A DNA stretch of 64,000 nt, taken from contig NC_069002.1 of NCBI RefSeq assembly GCF_001194135.2, positions 13,078,552 through 13,142,551 on the forward strand, written 5' to 3'. A program made the position numbers and the translations under genes. The stretch is from Octopus bimaculoides (taxonomy: Eukaryota). The notes beneath the pieces are model-generated. The model was given only the letters and a program-made list of their open reading frames with translations, searched no databases and was not told the origin of the DNA. Below are positions 23,497 through 36,054 of the stretch, in pieces (position 1 is the first letter of the stretch; each line of letters starts with the position of its first letter).

Positions 23497-24781
23497 TGTA
23501 CACACAACAGATTAGACTTTTGGAAAAGAAGAATTCCTAACATCAGGCTCCAACAAGTAATCTTAGATGTCAAGATTTCGCCACACCTCTCTCCTTCTCT
23601 CTCTTTCCCTCTGACTGTTTAACCACATATCTCCTCTTCAGCAACACATCTGTTTCTGGCCTCAGTCTTGATCACTCTCTCTCTCTCTTTCTCTTTCTGA
23701 GTGGGTAATCATGTCTCTCCTCTATAGTAAGACACCTGTTTCTGTCTCTCTGTCACGCTCTAACCTTTCGTCATCTGGCACAAGATCACCTCTTCCAATA
23801 ACCCCTCCCCTCTCAAAGGATCTTCATCTTGCAAGTCACTTGGTGACCCTATCAGTGCTGGTGTCACATACAAAGCACCCAAGCCACACTGTAAAGTGGT
23901 TGATGTTTGGGAGGTCATCCAGTTGTAAGAACCATGCCAAAACTGACCTTGCTTGTGCTGATGCCATGTAAAAAGCACTCAATCCACTTTGTGGGGTGGC
24001 TGGTGTTAGGAAGGGTATTCAGCCATAAAAACCCTGCCAAAACAGACACTTAAGCCTGGTGCAGTCTTCTGCCTAGCCAGCTCCTGTCAAACCATCCAAC
24101 CCATGCTAGCATGGAAGACAGACGTTAAACGATGATGATGATGATGATCATCATCATCGTTTAATGTCTGCTTTCCATGCTAGCATGGGTTGGACGATTT
24201 GACTGAGGACTGGCGAACCAGATGGCTGCACCAGGCTCCAATCTGCTCTGGCAGAGTTTCTACAGCTGGATACCCTTCCTAGTGCCAACCACTCCGAGAG
24301 TGTAGTGGATGCTTTTACGTGCCACCGGCATGAGGGCCAGTCAGGCTGTACTGGCAACGGCCACGCTCAAGATGGTGTATTTTATGTGCCACCCACACAG
24401 GANNNNNNNNNNTGATGATCATCATCATCGTTTAATGTCTGCTTTCCATGCTAGCATGGGTTGGACGATTTGACTGAGGACTGGCGAACCAGATGGCTGC
24501 ACCAGGCTCCAATCTGCTCTGGCAGAGTTTCTACAGCTGGATACCCTTCCTAGTGCCAACCACTCCGAGAGTGTAGTGGATGCTTTTACGTGCCACCGGC
24601 ATGAGGGCCAGTCAGGCTGTACTGGCAACGGCCACGCTCAAGATGGTGTATTTTATGTGCCACCCACACAGGAGCCAGTCCAGCGGCACTGGCAACTACC
24701 TCACTTGAATGTTTTTTCACGTGCCACCAGCACAAGTGCCAGTAAGGCGACGCTGGTAACGATCATGCTCAAATGGTAGTG

Positions 24782-24880
<99 letters not shown>

Positions 24881-26070
24881 TAAGGTAGCAGGCTTGCAGA
24901 ACTGGTAGCATGCCAGGCATTTCATCTGTCCTTATGTTTTGTGTTTAGATTCTACTGAGGTCAACTTTGCCTTTCATCTTTTGGGATTGAATACTGGAAT
25001 CAATTTAATCAACTTACACACTTACCTGAAATTGATGGTCTTTGAGAGTTTATAAATGATAGGAAAGCTTGGAGAGTATTTGTGGAAGGACGAGTGAATT
25101 TTGATGTTGCTCAAAGGGGTATGAAACCAGCATGATGTGGTGGCAGTAAACCAGCATATGTTATCGGGTCCCACTGCTGATATTGGGGGTTGCATTCTGC
25201 GCCTTGGCTAGAGCATAGAACAGGACTGGCCCCTTTGAGCTGGGAAATGAATGGAATACCTGATATGTCTTGTTTTGGTTACCCCTCCTAAAAACAAAAA
25301 AGTGAGGAATAGGCCTGGGTATGTATATATACTCTTTTATTCTTTTACTTGTTTCAGTCATTTGACTGCGGCCATGCTGGAGCACCGCCTGAAGTCAAGC
25401 AAATCTTTTTAAGCCTAGTACTTATTCTATCGGTCTTTTTTGCCGAAGTTATGGGGACGTTAACATACCAGCATCGGTTGTCAATCAATGTTGGGGGGAC
25501 AAACACAGACACACAAACATACACATACACACACACACACACATATATATATGTAAATACATATACGACGGGCTTCTTCCAGTTTCCGTCTACCAAATCC
25601 ACTCACAAGGCTTTGGTCAGCCCGAAGCTATAGTAGAAGACACTTGCCCAAGGTGCCACACAGTGGGACTAAACCCAAGAGCATATGGTTGGTAAGTAAG
25701 CTACTTACTATACAGCCACTATATANNNNNNNNNNNNNNNNNNNNNNNNNNNNNNNNNNNNNNNNNNNNNNNNNNNNNNNNNNNNNNNNNNNNNNNNNNN
25801 NNNNNNNNNNNNNNNNNNNNNNNNNNNNNNNNNNNNNNNNNNNNNNNNNNNNNNNNNNNNNNNNNNNNNNNNNNNNNNNNNNNNNNNNNNNNNNNNNNNN
25901 NNNNNNNNNNNNNNNNNNNNNNNNNNNNNNNNNNNNNNNNNNNNNNNNNNNNNNNNNNNNNNNNNNNNNNNNNNNNNNNNNNNNNNNNNNNNNNNNNNNN
26001 NNNNNNNNNNNNNNNNNNNNNNNNNNNNNNNNNNNNNNNNNGAAAATTGGTTATTTTCCCTAAAACTATA

Positions 26071-26114
<44 letters not shown>

Positions 26115-29100
26115 ATTATTACTATTATTATTATTATTAAAAAATGTATGCAAAGGTAAAAAGACCATAGTTGTATGGGCCAACTTGGCGATTAATTATA
26201 TGAAGTTGTTGAATTGTAGCAGTTAATGTTTGTTTGTTTGTGGTGAGTAGAGTGTTATCTGTACGATTAGCTCTTGTGATGAGAGTAAATTTAAACATAG
26301 ACATCTGGATCTGAAAAAAAAAATGGGTTGATTAAGTAAACTAATTGTTTTTGGTGTGATAGATAAACAATATACAGTGTGGACAATATGTGGAAAATTC
26401 TATGTTTCATAGGAATTTCAGGAAAATTTTCTCTTATTTCCATGGCAGCATTGGTATAACATTTTTGTCCTGAAAGTGAAAATGACTTCTGCACATATTT
26501 CAAATTAAACATTTTTAACCAAATTCTTACCTCAATCATTGACTCTGAAATTCCTTTTTAATTCTCTCCTCTTTATTGTATCTTCCTTTACTCTCTAGCT
26601 CACCCCTGTTTCTCTCGAGTCACCCCACCCTCTCTAATTCACTCTCATGTTTCTTTCTTTCTTAATTTCAACACCACCCCTGCTTCCATCTTAATTCAAC
26701 CATTTCACTCCCCCTCTGTCTGTCTGTCTTTCAGGTACATCTTTTACATTGTGATCGTTCAATACCTAAAATATCTTTAATGATCTTAAATTTTCCTCCA
26801 TTTCTCTGTCTTTCTCTTCCAGTCCAGTGAAAGACACTGTTGTGGTTAATGACCGATGGGGAGCTGGAATTTCTTGTCACCATGGAGACTTTTACACTTG
26901 CAAAGATAGATATAACCCTGGTGAGTACAAAATGATAGTACCAGTTAAGCAACATCACAGGTTCCTAAGGTAGATATATAACAGCATTTTGTGTGACATT
27001 TAGGCAGGTGAGACCAATTTTTTTCTATATATGATAACAGCCTGTTGGAAATTACTACAGCTGTAGTAATTGTGACACAACTTCAGATGTTATTAACTAA
27101 CAACTGATGTGTGTAATCCTGTTAAACCAGTCTCAACTCTGCTTGATTTGAATCAAGTAGATTTGAGGCCATGTATAACAGGATCACTGCATATCTGTTA
27201 TCTGTTCAAAGTTGATGAAATAAACTGTTACATGCATTCAGTTTGAATTGATCTATTTGACATGAACTTGCTTTCAGCACCAAAATTGAAGAAATAAACT
27301 AACATGAACTCTAATTAAGTCAACCTTTATTGTTGACGATAATAAGCTGACAAAATTTGATCTTCAAAGTTGAAGAGGTAAACTGTGACATGAGCTTGGC
27401 TTAACTTAATCTTCTTCAAAATTGAAGAGAAAATACATTATTCTGTCTGTTAACTTCATCTTTTCTACTTAAAGCTTAAAATAAGATTTCTGAGTTAAAT
27501 AAAAGTTTAAATAATTTTATTATCCTCCATTTATTATTTCATGCCATATATATAAATGCTGACACCACACCTACATATACCCTACTAACACTACCCTACC
27601 AGTGGTGAGCCAATGGAAGATGCCTCAGCCCAGTTCCTTGACCAAGTCTACTTTAAACCCCAATGTATCATCACAAAAAAGAGAAGATACATTAATTTAC
27701 ATAGATCTGGAGATAATCATTAGTAAACCTTCTTCTTCTTCTAAATGTCATTCATCCAGGTAAACTGATAACTCACAAATGGGAGAATGCCATGACTATT
27801 GATAAAGATGCCTGGGTTTTCCGACGCAATGCTCACTATGCCGACTTTTATACCATCGAAGGGCTGATATCTCTGCTGGTTGAGACTGTCAGGTTGGTAC
27901 TCATTTTGTTTGGTATCTTGTATTTTCATTTTTGTTATTTTTGTGGATTAAAAGAATTGTTGGGGAATCAATCAGAATGCCTTACATTATTTAGTTATGG
28001 ACCCTAATACAATTTATTTTACATCCTTTTCAGGAATTAATGGAATTAAAGTACCAGTTAAGTACTGGGGCTGATTTAATCAGCTATTCCTACCATCGTT
28101 ATTAAAAGCCATGTGTTTATGTTAGAAAACAAAATTGTTGTTTGAAGTTCTATGTTCTTGTTTGAAGAGATCAAGGATAGGGGTAGATGTATTGATAGGG
28201 TAGGGTAGGTCAAATAGTTGTGGACATGAATGCTTTTATATTAAATGAGGCCATGGCTAGGTTGCTTAATTGGGGAGATTGGTCAAGCAGTTGTAGAAGT
28301 TATGTGTTTTTATGTCCAGTCACTGTGATCTTGTATTATGTTGGTGACTATGAGACTTTGCTTTTTGATAAACAGCTGAGTCCATCTTGTATGATTCAAG
28401 AATGTCAACGTAGACTGTTCGGTCATGTTGCCTGATTTTTCAAGCTGGATCCATGTTCTCTTCTCCAACGATTTGGCTGGGGTGGTGGCTTGTGGTGATT
28501 AGCCATAATAATAATAATAATAATAATAGAGCCCTGGGAACAGTGGGCAAAAATCTCGAGAAGTACATAGAACAAATAGGGGCTGCAATAAGGGTGGAGC
28601 ACTTGCAGAAAACCGCTCGAAAAATAAGAGGTGTTACCTTAGTTCGCTGGTAGTGAACAGCTGACACTGTAGTACATCTCCAGTGTTAGAAGCTGTGCAA
28701 AGGCAATAATAATAATAATAATGATAATGATAATTACTGTGACTTTGCTTGCTAATGCTGTTGTTGTCGATTGATTGTATCAACTAATTGATTCTTAGCT
28801 GTGGAGGAAATCTTCTAATGAACGTTGGACCCACCCACGATGGACGTATTGCTCCAATTTTTGAAGAACGATTGATCCAAGTTGGTCAATGGCTCAAAGT
28901 CAATGGAGAGGCCATCTATGCCAGCAAACCTTGGACCCACCAGAACGACACATATACAAAGAAAGTTTGGTAAGAATACTTCCTTTCATTATATTCATTT
29001 GTCTGAAGTTGTTGTTTTTGTTGTTTAGCCCAGGTCAGCCATCATTTAGCTGACATAGTGTACCTTGCAAAACATGTAGCAATGTGCCATTCATACTTTA

Positions 29101-30242
29101 TAAGACAGTAGAATAATTCAACGGTGTGGAGGGCATATACATATATGTTGTTGGCAGTCCGTCGCTTACGACATCGAGGGTTCCAGTTGATCCGATCAAT
29201 GGAACAGCCTGCTCGTGAAATTAACGTGCAAGTGGCTGAGCACTCCACAGACACGTGTACCCTTAACGTAGTTCTCGGAGATATTCAGCGTGACACAGTG
29301 TGACAAGGCTGACCCTTTGAATTACAGGCACAACAGAAACAAGAAGTAAGAGTGAGAGAAAGTTGTGGTGGAAGAGTACAGCAGGGTTCGCTACCATCCC
29401 CTGCCGGAGCCTCGTGGAGCTTTATGTGTTTCTGCTCAATAAGCACTCACAACGCCCGGTCTGGGAATCGAAACCGCTATCCTATGATTGCGAGTCCGCT
29501 GCCCTAACCACTGGGCCATTGCGCNNNNNNNNNNNNNNNNNNNNNNNNNNNNNNNNNNNNNNNNNNNNNNNNNNNNNNNNNNNNNNNNNNNNNNNNNNNN
29601 NNNNNNNNNNNNNNNNNNNNNNNNNNNNNNNNNNNNNNNNNNNNNNNNNNNNNNNNNNNNNNNNNNNNNNNNNNNNNNNNNNNNNNNNNNNNNNNNNNNN
29701 NNNNNNNNNNNNNNNNNNNNNNNNNNNNNNNNNNNNNNNNNNNNNNNNNNNNNNNNNNNNNNNNNNNNNNNNNNNNNNNNNNNNNNNNNNNNNNNNNNNN
29801 NNNNNNNNNNNNNNNNNNNNNNNNNNNNNNNNNNNNNNNNNNNNNNNNNNNNNNNNNNNNNNNNNNNNNNNNNNNNNNNNNNNNNNNNNNNNNNNNNNNN
29901 NNNNNNNNNNNNNNAAGCACCCACTACACTCTCTGAGTGGTTGGCGTTAGGAAGGGCATCCAGCTGTAGAAACTCTGCCAAATCAGATTGGAGCCTGGTG
30001 TAGCCATCTGGTTTCACCAGTCCTCAGTCAAATCGTCCAACCCATGCTAGCAAGGAAAGCGGACGTTAAACGATGATGATGATACGACGGGCTTCTTTCA
30101 GTTTCCGACTACCAAATCCACTCACAAGGCTTTGGTCGGCCCGAGGCTATAGTAGAAGACACTTGCCCAAGGTGCCAAGCAGTGGGACTGAACCCGGAAC
30201 CATGTAGTTGGTAAGCAAGTTACTTACTACACAGCCACTCTA

Positions 30243-30273
<31 letters not shown>

Positions 30274-30594
30274 ATGAATACATGATCACTCTATGCCATT
30301 ATCTGTTTTTCTTGTTTTGCTATTTCTCTCTCCTCCAGGTATACCAGTAAAATGGAAAACAACACAAAAGTTGTGTATGCTACTATGTTGTTTTGGCCAA
30401 CTACTAATATTATCATCCTTGGAGCTGTAAAAATAACGTCAAGAACAGATGTCTACATGCTTGGTTATCCAAAACCAATTGGATACATTTACTTTCCTTC
30501 AATTGGGCTTAAAATTATCCTCCCAAACATCCCTGCATCACGCTTACCCTGTGACTGGGCGTGGGTGTTTAAAATTACAAACCTTGATGAATAA
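18274..30594 (+). CDS. FUCA1: Alpha-L-fucosidase (GH29, FUCA1/FUCA2-like), 8 exons: 18274-18698, 20665-20771, 20964-21091, 23193-23326, 26823-26920, 27760-27892, 28799-28969, 30339-30594; 1452 nt, 483 aa (477 aa from the second ATG at 18292)
   Basis: Signal peptide followed by GH29 motifs [67 protein letters not shown] (nucleophile Asp), [54 protein letters not shown]. Exon lengths sum to a continuous frame. FUCA1 versus FUCA2 orthology cannot be resolved here; the symbol is nominal. Confidence 0.96.
18989..19052. repeat. 64-bp GC-rich hairpin with a perfect 23-bp stem, in FUCA intron 1
   Basis: ggtactactaaagcagcgcggac-(18 nt)-gtccgcgctgctttagtagtacc; tattatt occurs on both sides. Confidence 0.9.
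20665..20771 (+). CDS. FUCA1: FUCA exon 2 ([35 protein letters not shown])
   Basis: ttag|G TAC ... GTT G|gttagt, 107 nt. Confidence 0.95.
20964..21091 (+). CDS. FUCA1: FUCA exon 3 (GELAAAIKK...QRFVR)
   Basis: cttcag|GT GAA ... AGG|gtaagt, 128 nt. Confidence 0.95.
23193..23326 (+). CDS. FUCA1: FUCA exon 4 ([10 protein letters not shown]...WSDGDWE...LYND)
   Basis: cttag|GAG ... GAC AG|gttttt, 134 nt; contains the catalytic nucleophile motif. Confidence 0.95.
23330..23495. repeat. (ATT)n/(ATC)n microsatellite directly after the FUCA exon 4 donor
   Basis: Seen directly; it produces the poly-L/Y/N pseudo-ORFs in the ORF track. Confidence 0.95.
26823..26920 (+). CDS. FUCA1: FUCA exon 5 ([13 protein letters not shown]...DRYNP)
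   Basis: ttccag|T CCA ... CCT G|gtgagt, 98 nt. Confidence 0.95.
27760..27892 (+). CDS. FUCA1: FUCA exon 6 ([14 protein letters not shown]...LVETV)
   Basis: atccag|GT AAA ... GTC AG|gttggt, 133 nt. Confidence 0.95.
28799..28969 (+). CDS. FUCA1: FUCA exon 7 ([11 protein letters not shown]...TKKVW)
   Basis: cttag|C TGT ... GTT TG|gtaaga, 171 nt. Confidence 0.95.
30339..30594 (+). CDS. FUCA1: FUCA exon 8 (YTSKMEN...ITNLDE*)
   Basis: ctccag|G TAT; in frame with ORF 30352..30594; stop TAA. Confidence 0.94.
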
Positions 30595-30932
30595 ACTTGC
30601 TCTCTCTTTCTATCTCTCTTTTGCATCTATCTGTTTCTCTTTTCTCTCTCTCTCTTTATCTATCTATCTATCTGTCTGTCTGTCTACGCATTTATACAAA
30701 GACAAATGGATATTTGTATGTATATATAACACACACACACACACATATATATATGTATGTATGTATGTATATGTATTAATTGACATGTACAGTATTATAT
30801 ATCCATTACAGACAATCTAACTAATTTGTTTCACATTGGGGTTCGATGGGGTGTTAGATAACAGCTCAATTATTTAACCCTACACTCTTCAGAGATGGCA
30901 GTTATAGAAGAAAATATGGTGACTGCTCTCTG

Positions 30933-31536
30933 TTGTTTGAGGTGAGAAGCATTAAAACTCACATGGGTAAGAATTTCCTTAGCTTAGCAGACAAACACTT
31001 CCCTGATACAAATAGGTTCAGTGAAATATTAAATAGGCACACCCTGAGGGCTTCTTTTGGTTGTGCACCTAATGTAAAAAAGATATTAGTTGGTAGGCCC
31101 ACACCTGAGACAGAGACAGGATGCTCATGTAGGAGTACCACATGTCCACTGTAATATAGAAACCATTATGGCAGAGGTAACAGCAATTGGACTAAATGGG
31201 GAGCCAAATGTGCTAAAGTATGTGGGTGTAACTGAAGAGCCTTTCAGAACCTGATACAACAACCACAAGTCCTATTTCAACATCCTGGAGAGACAAAGCA
31301 TCACAACCCTGGGCAAGTACATGTGCAAGTTGAAGGAGAGTGCCATAGAATACAACATAAAGTGGAGAGTTTACTTCAATAGGAGCAGGAAGTGCAGATT
31401 ATGTCTAACTGAGAAAAGAGCTGTATTAAAGAACTCTCAGCACTCAGGCATCTATTTGAATAGCAGATATGAAATTTTTAATCCATGCCCACATGAAAGG
31501 AAGTACATTCTAGCATACCTACATGCCCCATTGTGA
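30933..31536 (+). mobile_element. Penelope-like retroelement remnant (RT thumb, Cys linker, GIY-YIG endonuclease), disrupted
   Basis: KTHMGKNFLSLADKHFP...NRHTLRASFGCAPN...CSCRSTTCPL; after a frameshift KYVGVTEEPFRT*YNNHKSYF...TLGKYMCKLKE...YNIKW...SRKCRLCLTEK...LNSRYEI..PCPHERKY; in-frame TGA at 31252 (CGA decay). Confidence 0.85.
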
Positions 31537-34500
31537 CTATAGTCACCAATTCCCCAAATTCATCTGGGAATCCACCAATGGGTTTGACCCAAACATACAC
31601 GAAAGCACCCTAACATGGTGGTCATCCACCTTATTGATCCCTTTTTCCACCCAATATAAGTCTCCACATATATAGTACTGCTGCACACACTCCATATCTA
31701 CACAAATACTCCAAAGAATTTAATGAAAACATAAGCAAAACACACAGATGCTTATGCAGCCTTTGGGTACCCCAATAGTCTGATAGTCAAGGCATTTTAA
31801 CTAACAGGTTTAAACTATAAAAAGGAGTTTTTAATGTAGTGTGAACATTTTACCCAAATTTCATTGCATTTACTAATGACATAACCAGACCATTTTAGGG
31901 TTTCCAATAATTCAGCGCAACAAAATCTACACGTATATCTAACGCGCACACATTTTAATAGAGATATATATAGAAATATATATTTCTCTCTTTTCTTTTT
32001 TTGCTTTTGCATATATACTTAAAGGCTTTTGCTCATTTTAAGTCACTGAAGTGTGGTCATGCTGGGGCACCACCTTTAATGATTTTAATCAATCGTACTG
32101 AATATTTTTTTTATTTTGATACTTATTTCATTCATCTGTATTTGACAAGTGGTTATGTTACTTTTGGACACAATTTTTAATCAACAGAATTGTGTGTGGC
32201 AACTTCATGGATCTAAATTCACACATACACATATATAGCAGGTTTCTGTACTGTTTCCATTTGAATAATTTCACTCACAAGGTATTGGTCACTCTGGATT
32301 TGTGGTAGATACACTTGCTCAAGGTACCACACAGTACACATGCACTTCTGAACCCTGCAGTTATAATTGCTAAAGTATACACATAAGGATGAAAGATCCT
32401 CCCCCTGCTATATAGGCTTATATAACTAGTTTCCCAGATTCTGTGGCATATATATTCCCTTCTGGTGGTCTGGAGCAACAAGAAATGAAGTGTTTTGCTC
32501 GAGAACACACAATGCATTGCCCAGTCCTGGAATTGTAACCTTAATCTTACAATCACGAGTGCAACACCCTAACCACTAAGCCACGTGTTTCCACACACAC
32601 ATATTTATTATGGTTAATGGAAGCAGTATTTGTTTAAAATAGCAATCTGTATATCACACGTAGTTATAACATTGAAAGCCTGCTAAACTGGTGTTTGTCT
32701 CAAAAGAGCATCTCTTATAGACGTGTAGTGTTAAAAAGCACAAAAATATATCAGAAGCAGATGAAAATAGTCCAGCAGCAATGGTGGCATAGCTTAATAT
32801 GTATTTCTGCTGCTTTGAGCCTTGTATCCACTACCAACCTTCTAATATGGAAAAATTGTGACTGAAAAATCACTGATGTCACAATTAGCCGGCCAGCTAA
32901 ATAAAAATTTGTTCTTAGCAATGGAAGCTTTATTCTTTAAAAATAGCAATCTGTGTGTCATACTTAAAGCAGATATATGATTTTTGTCTGCATTTTTTTA
33001 ACACTATGTTTATAAGAGCTACTTTCTTGTGACAGAAACTGCAGTTGGCAGGCTTTCCACGGTGTATTTGCTTAAAGTATGATATACGGAATGATATATG
33101 TGTGTGTGTGTGTGTTTGATGACACATGGTGTAGCGGTTAGAATGTTACACTCACAACTGTGAGATTGTGGTTTTGATTCTCAGACCAGCATGCATTGTG
33201 TTCTTGAGCAAAACACTTCATTTCACAATACTTCAGTCCACTCAGCTGTAACTGGACAACCTTGCAATGGAATGGTGTTCCTCAGGCAGAATGTTGCCCT
33301 ACCCAGTGGGGTGGAATCATTTAAAAGCTGCATCAATGCAAAGCACATTGTGACTAGCAGTGTAGAACAAAATCAAAGTCTGGTCAATACCTTGATATAT
33401 GGATGGACAGCACAGGCACAAGCGTATCTGTATGGTTAAGATGTTTGCTTCCCACCCAAATAGTTTTATGTTCAATCCTACTGTGGGACACCTTGGGAAA
33501 GTGTCTTCTACTATAGCTCCAGGCTGACCAAGGCCTTGAGTAGATTTGGTACATGAGAACTTACAGAAAGCCTGTCATATATATATATGTTTGTGTGTGT
33601 GTCTCCTTGTTTTAACATCTTGTGATTGTTGTGAACGAGTGTCATTCATTTCTGATAATTTGTGAAAACATGTCTGGCCATGAGGAAATATTACCTCCCT
33701 TGGAAACAGGTGAAGGTTCGTGACAGGAAGAGCGCCTGGCCATAAGAAAATCTGACTCAAAAAACACTGTTCAACCCATTTAAGCAAAGAAAAGTGAATG
33801 TTAAAATAAAGATGATGTATGTAGATATAATCTGTGTATGTGTGTGTATTGTATATACACAGACACATGAAGATAAGGCATACCTTCTATTATACCATTC
33901 TCATCTTGGGTGTGCCTTAAGTTGACTATTCAGCTTCAGTTTGACTACTTAATTACCAAATGTTACTCGGACGGGGTCTTACCAGTTCTGTTACTGAGCT
34001 AATAGGACCAGTTATGTTTTCTAAGGCTAATTGTTCCTATGACACATTTGGAGGTATTAAATTTCATTTATTATAGATTGGCCCAAGTTTTAATAACTTT
34101 TATTCAGAATTGACAAGACATGTATGTGCACACATACAAAATTTTTTAAAAAAAGAACAAAGAAACATATTTCTATTTTTGGTCAAATTCTATTCTTGAA
34201 GGAAAGAAAATTTAATTATTGAAGCTTAACTTTTGCATTAATTTTATAATTTTAAATGGAAAAATAAATTTGTATTTTCTAATTCTGAAATCTTAGTGTT
34301 TTTATTCACATTATTTTTCTCATTTCTTCTGTTGGTATATTTGTTTAGCCCTAGGTCAGTCCTGATCAAAAGTATTCCACCCATCAGTTTTTTTAATGTA
34401 CAACAAACTGCGGACCAAATTATATATACTCTTTAAGATGTAGAATGTAACTTGGAGACTTGGTTGTTATTTCTAGCAAGTCACGTAACCACATAGATGG

Positions 34501-35889
34501 CCCTTTATTGACTCAAGATGTTAGTAGTGGTGGTGTTTAACCCCAGGCTAGTACTGATCCAACATACCTATGATCACAGGTTTCTAGTAGTGATCATTCT
34601 CCCACTTTTTCTTAAGAGACATAAATGTAGCAAGGAATACAACATCCAGTGTCCTTCCTTACTGTGATTTGTGGACAATTCAGTTGTTATTTCTAACAGG
34701 TCAGGTAACCATGTACAGGCAATGGGAACTATGTATTTCCCTACAAGAAATATCAACCAAACCTCCCTCAAATGACTTCTACCTTCATCTTAACCCTTTT
34801 ATTGCTGAAATCAGATTCACTCAAAATTTCATTACTTTCAACTGCAGAAAGTAGTTTTATATACCAATCTTTTGTTGAGGAATGTCATGAACAGAATTAT
34901 TTTACATAAGATATGTCAAGTTTATTGAGACATGAATAACAAAAAATACCAATTCTATATTTTAATTACTGAAATAATGATGGAATTTAATTTCACAGTT
35001 AAAGGGTTAAATAAAGTATAAGACCGTCACTTATGTATCATACTTAATGCAAATACATCAGAAAAAGCCAAATTAACTGTAGTATTCATCCCACACATCA
35101 AACATTCTGACTACTACCACTGCTGGACAATTTTCATGTGTTACTAATATATATGTGTTATTTAACACAGTACATTCAACAGAGGTGTTATAATCCAGAT
35201 AAATACAACAGTTTATTTAGCTTTCTGTGAAGTATCTGCATTAAATATAATACACAGATGGCTATTTTAAACTAATATTGCTTCTGTTACGCATAAAAGC
35301 AGGATAGATTGGATAACAAAGTCAGTCACGGAAATACAAAAAAGGAGAGGATAGTTACGGCCAGAATTCCTTCCATTATAAATCTATTTGATCAGGACTG
35401 ATCTAGAAGTAAACAATAGCGATTTATTGGGCCACATTTTTGTATCAAGTAATTAAAAATATCAATCACCTATCTCCATTAGATGATTGGTTGTATGGGA
35501 GAAGAGATAAACCAACAGCTGCTACACTAAATCTCACATGATATCTCATAAACCATATCTCTATTTTCAGAGTTGAGGTTGTGAGAAATTTACTTTACAA
35601 CCACATGATTTTGTGTTATTAAATAACATGTAACTCCAACTAAATGTATTTTGATCATTCACTCAATCATATATATATAGGCGCAGGAGTGGCTGTGTGG
35701 TAAGTAGCTAGCTTACTAACCACATGGTTCTGGGTTCAGTCCCACTACGTGGCACTTTGGGCAAGTGTCTTCTACTATAGCCTCGGGCCAGTCTGTATTT
35801 ATGTGTTCAAATGTACTGTGTCTGAAAGAACGGAAACCAAGAAAGTGACAATATATTTACAAAATTTATTAAGATTTTCTCTTGAACTT

Positions 35890-36054
35890 TTAATTTTCAG
35901 TTGAAACTCTCTTTTTCTTCTTCTCAACAATCTTCCTGGCTTTGTACGCTTTGACTTTGCGTGTTTGTAATTTGCTGTAGTCTTGTCTTTCCATATGAAT
36001 TCGGCCAGTTTTATTGCGGAAGGCATCATGTGCTATATTTTTCCTCTTCTGGAC
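35890..36054 (-). CDS. RPF2: RPF2 exon 10 (terminal)
   Basis: tttcag|GTC ... AAT TAA, 165 nt; GRIHMxxQDxSKLQTRK motif and basic tail. Confidence 0.94.
   Translation of the reverse strand, partial: VQKRKNIAHDAFRNKTGRIHMERQDYSKLQTRKVKAYKARKIVEKKKKRVSTEN

Noticed and set aside
24143-24670. Exact 260-bp tandem duplication (24143-24402 and 24413-24672)
   Set aside because: The copies are identical and separated by a 10-N gap, which indicates an unmerged contig overlap (assembly artefact)
29450-29524. tRNA-like sequence with A and B boxes (also other SINE heads)
   Set aside because: It continues into a conserved SINE body and lacks a proper acceptor stem and cloverleaf
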